Origin: Bdellovibrionota bacterium
GTDB lineage: Bacteria > Bdellovibrionota > UBA1018 > CAIPTA01 > JAALKR01
DNA: 64,000 bases
Direction of reading: 5' to 3'
NCBI GenBank assembly: GCA_965207455.1
Contig: CBDBMJ010000001.1
Location: forward strand, 32,001 to 96,000
Made by a program: the position numbers and the translations under genes. This document shows, piece after piece, positions 31,273 through 39,432 of the stretch (its first letter is position 1; the number at the start of each line of letters is the position of its first letter). Below the pieces are notes generated by a model. That model was not told the DNA's origin. It saw only the letters and a program-made list of their open reading frames with translations, and did no database searches.

Positions 31273-32053
31273 TATAAATAGCGTCTACTGTTTTTACTTC
31301 GTTCAGCATGCTGTCTAGAGAGGGTATATTGCTATCCCTCTCAATTGTGGCAGGTGTGTGAGGAATATCTTTTGCGATTCTCCTATACAATTCCAGCACT
31401 GGAGGATGGATATTTTCTCCGTGTGTATCAATAATATGGGAGCCATAATCCGTATAACCGGCTAGGTGAATTTGTTGAATGGAGTTTTTTGGGAGACGGC
31501 AAAAAGCTTCATAAGCATCAAAGTGAAAGTTTGTGCTATTGACATAGATATTATTCACATCCAGAAGTAAAGAGCAATTATACCTTTGGGTGAGTTGGTG
31601 GAGGAATTCTTCTTCAGTACTGCGTTCTTCTTTTTCACGCAAGTATACGGAGACATTTTCCACTAGGAAGGGAATTTGGAGCAGATCCTGGATTTGTTTA
31701 ATTTTCTCTCCTATTCGTTGGAGCATTTTATCTGTATAGGCAATGGGTAATAGATCGGGGCTGTACTCACCGTGGTTACCGCAAAAGCATAGGTGATCGG
31801 ATATCCATTTTGGTTGAAAGGTTTTTACTAAGGTGTGCATGCCTTCCAAGTAAGATTTATGTAGAGGTTCGGGGGAACCCAGATTAAAACCGACACAATG
31901 AAATACAAGGGGATAAATATCCGCCAAGCGCTCTAATTTATCGTAGGCTGGTGATCCTTTGTATTGATAATTATCTGCCAACACCTCGATCCAAGGCACT
32001 TGTTTTTTTTCCAGCAGACCGGAGAAATGTTGGGGGCGGGCGCTTAGGCCCAC
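31262..32053 (-). CDS. DUF692 multinuclear non-heme iron oxidative enzyme (MNIO, BufB-like); start uncertain
   Basis: EVLADNY, HCVG..LGS, SDHL, LVENVS, LLDVNNIYV, QIHLAG, IDTH, IERD motifs; nearest in-frame canonical start after the precursor stop is GTG 32053. Confidence 0.9.
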   Translation of the reverse strand: MGLSARPQHFSGLLEKKQVPWIEVLADNYQYKGSPAYDKLERLADIYPLVFHCVGFNLGSPEPLHKSYLEGMHTLVKTFQPKWISDHLCFCGNHGEYSPDLLPIAYTDKMLQRIGEKIKQIQDLLQIPFLVENVSVYLREKEERSTEEEFLHQLTQRYNCSLLLDVNNIYVNSTNFHFDAYEAFCRLPKNSIQQIHLAGYTDYGSHIIDTHGENIHPPVLELYRRIAKDIPHTPATIERDSNIPSLDSMLNEVKTVDAIYNEN

Positions 32054-32070
32054 TCCTTTAATTACGTTTG

Positions 32071-32409
32071 TTAGAATTCTTTCCCACCCTTCGAGGCAGC
32101 CACAGAGCGATCTCGTATTTTCAGAACATAGTCTTTTACCGCGGTGTGTTTCAGGGCTGCCTTCACCGCATCGCAGTCTTTTTGGGTCATACGGAGCCAT
32201 TTGTTGGGGGCAAAATCATTCCGAGCAACGGTGGCACAATTATGGCCATGCGATGCACAGTTATGACCGCTTGCACTGCAATCATTTACCCATTTCGTAG
32301 ATACTCCATGACATTTTATTTTTTCTGCACTTGAGGCTTCTGCTAGAGGGGCAATTAATCCCACAGCAGCAATTCCTAAGATACTAGATATAATATTTTT
32401 TTTATTCAT
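32071..32409 (-). CDS. DUF2282/BufA-like secreted precursor 3 (5 Cys, duplicated GHNCA)
   Basis: GGAGG RBS, signal peptide; KC.GV....NDC...GHNCA..GHNCA....DF.P..W....C. Confidence 0.82.
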   Translation of the reverse strand: MNKKNIISSILGIAAVGLIAPLAEASSAEKIKCHGVSTKWVNDCSASGHNCASHGHNCATVARNDFAPNKWLRMTQKDCDAVKAALKHTAVKDYVLKIRDRSVAASKGGKEF

Positions 32410-32460
32410 TGTTGTTCCTCCATAGTTTTGTTTATGTTGTAGCTTATATCGATAAAGATA

Positions 32461-32491
32461 AAAAAAGGCTACAGTGTTTGTAGCCTTTTTT
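32461..32491 (-). terminator. Intrinsic terminator after precursor 2
   Basis: AAAAAAGGCTACA-GTGTT-TGTAGCCTTTTTT perfect stem with tails on both sides. Confidence 0.8.
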
Positions 32492-32515
32492 AATGTATTT
32501 CATTTAACAGTTTTG

Positions 32516-32836
32516 TTAAAATTCTTTTCCCTTACCAGAAGCAGTTACAGTGCCATCTCGTACGGTTAGAACATAGTTCTTTACCGCAGGGTTCATCAAG
32601 GCATTTTGAACTGCGTTACAGTCGTTTTGAGTCATAAGTAGCCATTCGTTGGGGTCAAAGTCAGTTTGAGCAGCACCTGAGCACGCGTGCCCATTTGCGT
32701 CACAGCCATTTACCCATTTTGTTGATACTCCCTTACACTTTACTTCTTCTGTACCTGAGGCTTCTGCTAGAGGGGCAGTTAATCCCGCAGCAGCAATTCC
32801 TAGGATGGTAGATATAATTATACTTTTTTTGTTCAT
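32516..32836 (-). CDS. DUF2282/BufA-like secreted precursor 2 (4 Cys)
   Basis: Signal peptide; KCKGV..NGC..GHACSG..DFDPNEW..C. Confidence 0.85.
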   Translation of the reverse strand: MNKKSIIISTILGIAAAGLTAPLAEASGTEEVKCKGVSTKWVNGCDANGHACSGAAQTDFDPNEWLLMTQNDCNAVQNALMNPAVKNYVLTVRDGTVTASGKGKEF

Positions 32837-32918
32837 TGTTTGTTCTCCTGTTATGTTATGTTAAGTTTTCGTTTCTCTATCTTCATAGTCTATATAACAT
32901 AGTACGGAGAAGGGCAAG

Positions 32919-32946
32919 AAAAAAAAGGCTACAGAATTGTAGCCTT
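32919..32946 (-). terminator. Intrinsic terminator after precursor 1
   Basis: AAGGCTACA-ATTC-TGTAGCCTTTTTTTT on minus strand; same stem as 32461-32491. Confidence 0.8.
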
Positions 32947-32953
32947 GTCTTTG

Positions 32954-33289
32954 CTAGATTTTTTTAATATTCCTTTTAACGTGAACGATGGTTTTCTTTT
33001 GAACCGCCGTTACATAATCTTTTACATGGCCATTAGTCAACGCTGATTGAATACTCTTGCATGCCGCTTTATTATAAGCATACATCCACTCCATCGGGTC
33101 AAAATTTTTCTTCGCCTTTCCTGCACACTGATGACCGCGCGCAGCACAGTCGTTTCCTCCTTTTACAGCAATACCTTCACAACGGTATTTGCCCGTTTTT
33201 GCTTTTGCTATTGCGTCTGAGGAAGTGGCGCAACCAGTTGCGATAATTCCTGCTAACGCAGATACTATAATCATGTTTGTCTGCTTCAT
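32954..33289 (-). CDS. DUF2282/BufA-like precursor 1, possible lipoprotein
   Basis: RCEGIA.KG.NDCA..GHQCAG.A..NFDPMEW..C; IATGC lipobox-like motif. Confidence 0.82.
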   Translation of the reverse strand: MKQTNMIIVSALAGIIATGCATSSDAIAKAKTGKYRCEGIAVKGGNDCAARGHQCAGKAKKNFDPMEWMYAYNKAACKSIQSALTNGHVKDYVTAVQKKTIVHVKRNIKKI

Positions 33290-33301
33290 ATTTTTTTTCT
33301 C

Positions 33302-33982
33302 CTATTTCTTTTGTTTTTGTTTATTTTTTTTGTAGGGCTCAAAGAGCAAACTAATTGTTAGTGTCACTTCGTTACCTACAAATCTTCCGGCTATTTTTTT
33401 TGTTATGCTAGTGCCCTCTTTTTGCCAGTTCAGACCAAACGTACGCCGGTCGATCTTTCCAGTGGCCTCTACTCCAAGAACCTTTTTTTTGTTTTTTACT
33501 TTGGTTTTTGTTTTTACTTTTAGAGTTACTTGTCGTTTGGTTTTTAAAATCTTTAACTCTCCTTTGATTGTGGGAGAGTTGCGTTTATAAGAGGAAGCGC
33601 GAAACTCTATATAACGGTTCTTTGGAATAATATCGTACACATCATCTCGAACATGAAAGAAATCTTCACCCCTGAGATGGGCGTCCCTGTCCTTTTCATT
33701 AGTGTCGATTTTGTCCACATCTATTTTGATATAGATATCTTTTATCTCATTTTTTGTAAGAGTTGCGGTTCCTTCAAATACTTTAAATCTTCCTGTCACA
33801 GGCACGAGTCCCAGGTGCTTCACACTAAATGTAACGGAAGAATGGGCTTGGTCTACTTTTAGTGGCGTGCTGGAAATGGCAAAGCTCGTAGCAAAATGGG
33901 GCATAACAACGACGGCTGCATAGAGAGCAATGGTAAGAGCAATGGATATTCCTATTATTTTGCTTATTGAGAATGTTTTCAT
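33302..33982 (-). CDS. YceI family periplasmic lipid/polyisoprenoid-binding protein
   Basis: DQAHSSVTFSVKHLG, V.GRF, IDTNEKDRDAHLR..DFF, IDRRTFGL. Confidence 0.9.
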   Translation of the reverse strand: MKTFSISKIIGISIALTIALYAAVVVMPHFATSFAISSTPLKVDQAHSSVTFSVKHLGLVPVTGRFKVFEGTATLTKNEIKDIYIKIDVDKIDTNEKDRDAHLRGEDFFHVRDDVYDIIPKNRYIEFRASSYKRNSPTIKGELKILKTKRQVTLKVKTKTKVKNKKKVLGVEATGKIDRRTFGLNWQKEGTSITKKIAGRFVGNEVTLTISLLFEPYKKNKQKQKK

Positions 33983-34004
33983 AATAATCTCCTAGGGTAT
34001 GTGT

Positions 34005-34397
34005 TTATAGATTGTCTCCAATCAGTGGCAATTGCTTTCTGCGAATCCAAACAATGGGTAGGCAAGAGGCAAGCACAATAATCAAGAGGATGATATGTTT
34101 GCCGTTGTCTCCCTGTATGTCTATTCCCAGGGTAGTGGCATGGGCTAAAATTGCTCCACACATTACGCCGATACTGAGGAAGGCACCAGTGGCAGAAAAA
34201 ATTTCAGTCATAAGGAGTAGACCGGACAGAACCTCCAACGCTCCAATGATATAACGACCAGAGGGTTCCATCTCCAGTGTGGAAAAGATATAAAGGTCTG
34301 TGGGGTTGTCGCCAAATTTCCAAAAACCCACGGGTAGGAGAATTGCGGCAGCCATAATTTGTAGGCACCAAGCGAGTATTTTTTTCTTTTTATCCAT
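34005..34397 (-). CDS. DoxX family membrane protein
   Basis: Four TM helices; KF..P, GRYIIGALE, MCGAILAH. Confidence 0.8.
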   Translation of the reverse strand: MDKKKKILAWCLQIMAAAILLPVGFWKFGDNPTDLYIFSTLEMEPSGRYIIGALEVLSGLLLMTEIFSATGAFLSIGVMCGAILAHATTLGIDIQGDNGKHIILLIIVLASCLPIVWIRRKQLPLIGDNL

Positions 34398-34429
34398 CTG
34401 TATTTCTCAAAGCTGTATCATATCATATA

Positions 34430-35929
34430 TTAGTAATATTGAGGTATGTAAAGGTTATCTTTATTTAATTCACGGTGACTATATTTTCCCATGGAAACAA
34501 GCATTTCTTCATGCTCATGGCAAAGATTGTGCACATAGTTTGCTACCTGACTTGATTTATTTTCTATAGCTAAACCTTTGTACAAACGGGGATCGTGGGT
34601 GGTGATTCCCACGGGGCAAGTATTGGAATTGCATTGCAGTGCTTGAATGCATCCCAGGGACAACATAAATCCTCTGGCAGAATAGATGGCATGGGCGCCA
34701 AAGGACATGGCCATGATCTGTCTTCCCACGTTGATAAGTTTTCCTGCAGCTACCAGTTTTAGCTTGTCCCTTAGTCCTATTTCCTCTAGTAGTTTGCGCA
34801 CCTCAGGAAGTGCTTTAAAAATAGGTATTCCAACGTCGTCCATAAATGCTTTGGGTGCGGCTCCAGTGCCGCCCTCAGCACCGTCAATGGAAATATAATC
34901 CGGGTGTACGTTTTGCTTTTTCATTTCTTTTAACAAATCGGATAATTCCTCCGGTCTACCGAGACATAATTTCATCCCAACGGGTAGAGCAGAAACCTCT
35001 TGCACTCTTCGTATAAATTGCACTGTTTTACTGGGAGAGCTGCACTCCATATGACCGGGAGGGGAAACAACATCTTGATCCATGGGTACTCCTCGTAGCT
35101 GGGAAATTTCCTCCGTAATTTTTTCTTTAGGAAGGAGGCCACCTTTTCCGGGCTTTGCTCCCTGGGACATTTTAATCTCAATCATTTTCACTTGATCTAG
35201 GTCAGCGATTTCTTCCAATTTTTTATCGTTTAGGCTAGCATCCTCATTACGCACACCAAATTTAGCGGTGCCCATTTGGAAGATAAGTTTACAATCCTCC
35301 TCGATATGGTGTTTGGGATAGCCACCCTCTCCAGTGTTCATGGGTATGTCGGCTTTTTTTGCTCCTCTGGCTAAGCTTCGAACAGCAGGAATGCTTAGAG
35401 CTCCATAGCTCATAGCACTTATCATCATGGGTTTTGTAATGGTAAACGCAGAACTGATGCCACGCTCTTCGCCGAAGATTACGGAAAAAGGCTTGAATTT
35501 GGATTTGTCCACTGGATACATGGAGTGGCGAAGTTTTACTTCATCGTTATTAAAATTATATAACGATCCAAATGCGGCAGAGGAGTCCACGTTTTTTGAT
35601 TTCCGGTATACCTCGGCTCTTTCCACTCGATTAAAGGGGCGTTCCTCCGTATCACTCATATAAAGGTATTGACGGAACTCTGGTCCAATACTTTCAATGA
35701 TATAGCGAAGCTGGGCAACAAAACCGAAGTTACTCAAAAGGGTATGTTCTTTTTGAATATGGAGGAAATAGATATTGATGAGTGTGAGAAGAAAAAATGC
35801 GACAGTTAGGAAATGAAAATAAAAGGAAACATAGGTTCCCATCATTATGAAGATTACCAGTGCAATATACAGGGATTTGTTTGCTATTTGAGAAATTTTT
35901 TCTAAATTTACGGTGATTTTTGCTGACAT
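34430..35929 (-). CDS. FMN-binding glutamate synthase family protein with N-terminal TM helices
   Basis: ISAMSYGALS, NTGEGG, EIKMSQGAKPGKGG, DGAEGGTGA, GCIQALQCNSNTCP. Confidence 0.9.
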   Translation of the reverse strand: MSAKITVNLEKISQIANKSLYIALVIFIMMGTYVSFYFHFLTVAFFLLTLINIYFLHIQKEHTLLSNFGFVAQLRYIIESIGPEFRQYLYMSDTEERPFNRVERAEVYRKSKNVDSSAAFGSLYNFNNDEVKLRHSMYPVDKSKFKPFSVIFGEERGISSAFTITKPMMISAMSYGALSIPAVRSLARGAKKADIPMNTGEGGYPKHHIEEDCKLIFQMGTAKFGVRNEDASLNDKKLEEIADLDQVKMIEIKMSQGAKPGKGGLLPKEKITEEISQLRGVPMDQDVVSPPGHMECSSPSKTVQFIRRVQEVSALPVGMKLCLGRPEELSDLLKEMKKQNVHPDYISIDGAEGGTGAAPKAFMDDVGIPIFKALPEVRKLLEEIGLRDKLKLVAAGKLINVGRQIMAMSFGAHAIYSARGFMLSLGCIQALQCNSNTCPVGITTHDPRLYKGLAIENKSSQVANYVHNLCHEHEEMLVSMGKYSHRELNKDNLYIPQYY

Positions 35930-35934
35930 ATTTT

Positions 35935-37332
35935 TTATCTCTTTAGGTGGGGGGATTGAATGACGGTCATTTTCTCTAAACTCATATCTTTAATGGACTC
36001 TCCGATGCCTCCTAGGCCTAAACCGGATTGTTTGTAGCCACCAAAAGGCATCCAGTCTGTACGGAAGGCACTGTGATCATTTACCATGGTGGCTAAGCCC
36101 TCCAATTCCTGGGAAGCCCAAAGAGCGGCGTCCAGGTTTTGGGTAAATACACTGGCTTGGAATGCATACTCCACATTATTCGCTCTATGAACCGCATCTT
36201 GAAAATTTTTAAAACTCTGAACTAAAACAACGGGGCCGAAAACTTCTTTCTTAGCAATAGTAGCCTCTTCCGGAGTATCCACAAGAATGGTTGGAGCAAA
36301 AACAGTATTGGATATTTTCTTACCACCCAGTACGGCTTTAGCGCCCATGGAAATGGCTTCTTTTACCCAAGCCTCCACTCTGTCCACCTCCCGGGGCAGG
36401 ATTAAGGGACCCACGTCCGTATCTTTTTTCAAAGGATCTCCCACATTCAATTCGGAACTTAGTTTTATGAAACCATCGAGAAAAGAATTTAGAATAGATT
36501 CGTGTACAAAAACTCGTTGCACGGATACACAAACTTGCCCAGCATGGTAGAAACCACCTTTAACTAAAAGAGGAAGGCAGGAGGCAAGATCGGCCGTTTC
36601 ATCTACGATAGTTGGAGCAGATCCGCCGTGTTCAAGAGCACACTTGGCTCCGTCAGGTAGTTTCGATCGTAAGAACCAACCCACTTTGCTGGAACCAATA
36701 AAACTTAAAAAACTGTTATGGGGATGGGTTACTAGTTTTTCCGCAACTTCATTGTCACAAACCACACTATGGCAATAGTCCTTATCTAGCCCAGCCTCAT
36801 ACAGGTAATTTACAATAGATTTACAGGAAAGAGGAGTGGTTAGGGCTGGCTTAATAATTACTGGGCACCCTGCTGCTATTCCAGGAATTACCTGATGGAT
36901 AATTAAATTAAAAGGATGGTTGAAAGCACTAATGGCCACCACCATTCCTCTAGGTCGATGATGGGTGTAGGCTATGCGCCCTTGAGAGGATGGAGTAATA
37001 TTCATGGGCACCTCCCTTCCTGAGAGGGCTTTTATTTCATCTATGGCAACACCCACACCGTTAATACCTCTTTCCACTTCCACCATAGAATCTTTATAAG
37101 GCTTGCCACCCTCTAAGATAGCTTGCTCCACAAGGGAAGGCTTATTATTTATAAGAATGGTTTTAAATTTTTCTAGGATTTCTATCCGTTCCACTTTAGG
37201 AAGCCATTTCTTTTTATTGTCCACAATATTTTGTGCACGCTCAATGTACTGAAGAAGGGTATCCTCAGAGACAAACTCTTCCTCTTTTATGGTTTCCAGA
37301 TTAAAGGGATTTTCTATTGATAATTTTTCCAA
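35935..37332 (-). CDS. Aldehyde dehydrogenase family protein
   Basis: AFNHP, FIGS, LEHGG, AGQVCVSVQR, EVFGP, PFGGYKQSG. Confidence 0.93.
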   Translation of the reverse strand: MEKLSIENPFNLETIKEEEFVSEDTLLQYIERAQNIVDNKKKWLPKVERIEILEKFKTILINNKPSLVEQAILEGGKPYKDSMVEVERGINGVGVAIDEIKALSGREVPMNITPSSQGRIAYTHHRPRGMVVAISAFNHPFNLIIHQVIPGIAAGCPVIIKPALTTPLSCKSIVNYLYEAGLDKDYCHSVVCDNEVAEKLVTHPHNSFLSFIGSSKVGWFLRSKLPDGAKCALEHGGSAPTIVDETADLASCLPLLVKGGFYHAGQVCVSVQRVFVHESILNSFLDGFIKLSSELNVGDPLKKDTDVGPLILPREVDRVEAWVKEAISMGAKAVLGGKKISNTVFAPTILVDTPEEATIAKKEVFGPVVLVQSFKNFQDAVHRANNVEYAFQASVFTQNLDAALWASQELEGLATMVNDHSAFRTDWMPFGGYKQSGLGLGGIGESIKDMSLEKMTVIQSPHLKR

Positions 37333-37352
37333 GTCAGAATCCTTGCATTTAC

Positions 37353-38996
37353 TTAGACCAAGCAGGTTTTATTTTTTAACTCCTCTAAGAATACTTTTTC
37401 ATTCTCAGAATAGTCAATAGGAACTTCAATCAAATGCACTCCCCCATCATTTAAACATTTTTTTAGTGTGGGCGTTAATTCGCCAGGGGCGGATATGCGG
37501 TGCCCTTTTGCGCCATAGCTTTCTGCATACAGGACAAAATCTGGGTTTCCAAAGTCTAAACCAAAATCTTCAAAGTCCATTCCCAGTTGTTTCCATTTGA
37601 TCATTCCGTACGCGTTATCTCTTAGGACTAAAACAACAATATTTAGACCAAGGCGCACCGCTGTTTCCATTTCCTGAGAATTCATCATAAATCCCCCATC
37701 ACCACAAATAGCCACCACCTCTTTTTTGGGATTACAAATTTTTACTCCCATGGCCACAGGCAGGCCAGCGCCCATTGTGGCAAGGGCATTATCTAGGAGA
37801 AGAGTATTGGGTTCGTGAGCGTTATAATTTCTTGCAAACCAGATCTTATACATCCCATTGTCTAGGGATAGAAAACCATCTGAGGCAACGGCTGCGCGCA
37901 CGTCTGCAACCAATCGCTGAGGTACGAGGGGAAACCCAGTGTGGTCGCTTTTTTCTTGAATATTCCCATCCACCTCTACTTTCACACGTTTAAAGTAGGA
38001 AAAATCCCAGTTCTTAGAAGTGGAGATGGTATTTCTTAGGCAAGACATGCTATGAAAAATATCTCCCACAATTTCATGTTGGGGGAAATAAACGTCGTCA
38101 ATTTCTGCGGAGAAAAAGGAAACATGGATAACTTTCTTTGCATTTCGTTCCATAAAAAATGGAGGTTTCTCCACCACATCGTGTCCGATATTGAGAATGA
38201 GGTCTGCCCGGGCCACGGCACAGTGTAAGTAGTCATGGTCGGAAAAAGCAGCGGTACCCAGGTAATTGGGATGCCTTTCATCCATTACACCTTTGCCCAT
38301 CTGTGTGCAGAAAAAATACATTCCTGTTTTTTCGATAAATTCCCCGATTATTTTACGAACACGTCCACAACGATTGGCTCCTGATGCCACCAATAAAAGG
38401 GGCATCTTAGCCTCACCAAGCATTTGAATTGCAGTGGCAATATCCGTCTCGGGTGCTTGCTCTCTGGAAACGGATGTTATGGGGAAGGGTTCTTGATCCA
38501 CTGTTTCTCTTGCAATGTCTTCAGGGAGTTCCAAGTGCACAGGCCCAGGTTTCTCACGCTGTGCGATTCGAAAACAATTTCGCACTAGAGAAGGAATTGT
38601 ATTTCCGTTTACAATTTGTCGAGTAAATTTTGTGACTGGCTTCATCATTTCCACAATATCGATGATTTGGAAGCGACCCTGCTTGCTTCTTTTAATGGGT
38701 TTTTGTCCTGTGATAAATAAAAGAGGCATTCCCCCCAACTGGGCATAAGAGGCACAGGTCATAAAATTTGTAGCTCCAGGACCTAGTGTGGCCATTGCTA
38801 CTCCCGCCTTTCCTGTGAGTCGTCCATAGGCTGCTGCCATAAAGCCAGCCCCTTGCTCATGGCGAGTAAGGATTAATTTTATGGAAGAACTCTTTAGGCT
38901 GTTTAGCATGTCCAGATTCTCCTCTCCGGGGATTCCAAATATATATTCCACGCCCTCATCCTCTAGGCACTTTATGAATAGATCGCTTGCTTTCAT
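37353..38996 (-). CDS. Acetolactate synthase large-subunit-like ThDP enzyme
   Basis: MKASDLF, FGIPGEEN, RHEQGA, GDGGFMM..N; no small subunit adjacent. Confidence 0.9.
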   Translation of the reverse strand: MKASDLFIKCLEDEGVEYIFGIPGEENLDMLNSLKSSSIKLILTRHEQGAGFMAAAYGRLTGKAGVAMATLGPGATNFMTCASYAQLGGMPLLFITGQKPIKRSKQGRFQIIDIVEMMKPVTKFTRQIVNGNTIPSLVRNCFRIAQREKPGPVHLELPEDIARETVDQEPFPITSVSREQAPETDIATAIQMLGEAKMPLLLVASGANRCGRVRKIIGEFIEKTGMYFFCTQMGKGVMDERHPNYLGTAAFSDHDYLHCAVARADLILNIGHDVVEKPPFFMERNAKKVIHVSFFSAEIDDVYFPQHEIVGDIFHSMSCLRNTISTSKNWDFSYFKRVKVEVDGNIQEKSDHTGFPLVPQRLVADVRAAVASDGFLSLDNGMYKIWFARNYNAHEPNTLLLDNALATMGAGLPVAMGVKICNPKKEVVAICGDGGFMMNSQEMETAVRLGLNIVVLVLRDNAYGMIKWKQLGMDFEDFGLDFGNPDFVLYAESYGAKGHRISAPGELTPTLKKCLNDGGVHLIEVPIDYSENEKVFLEELKNKTCLV

Positions 38997-39202
38997 TTTT
39001 ATTTCCTTCCGTTTCTTAATCCTAAACAATAAATGAAAAATATCCAGATATTAAATAAAAAAATCCCTTTCAATTTGCCCTTCTCTCTCGGAAGAAAGAA
39101 AGGAACCTTGCGGTATAAAGAGCATGTTGAGGTTTGAGACCTTTAATAGATACACGGTAAACAGTCAAAGCCTCACGGGCAGTTGATTTATTTTTCCATG
39201 TT

Positions 39203-39345
39203 TAGAAAACAAAAAACATGCCAAAAAAATACACAGCAAAAATATGCAGAAAAAAACACACAGTAAAACATACACAGAAAAAAAACATACATAGAAAAAA
39301 CACACGAACACGTGCGTCCACACACGCCCCGGCAGAGAAAAAAAA
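39203..39345. repeat. Degenerate A-tract/ACAC low-complexity tandem repeat
   Basis: Repeated (A)4-8-CA(T/C)ACACAG-like units in an intergenic region. Confidence 0.6.
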
Positions 39346-39432
39346 ACGGGTAGTATTTTCATTTGATACTTAGTGCAGTTTTCGTTTACTATTATTAAAT
39401 ATATTTTGTTTTTCTAAATTTTTATCCGTTAC

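Noticed and set aside
39165..39362. 65-aa Phe/Cys/Val-rich ORF
   Set aside because: Product of the low-complexity repeat; no RBS
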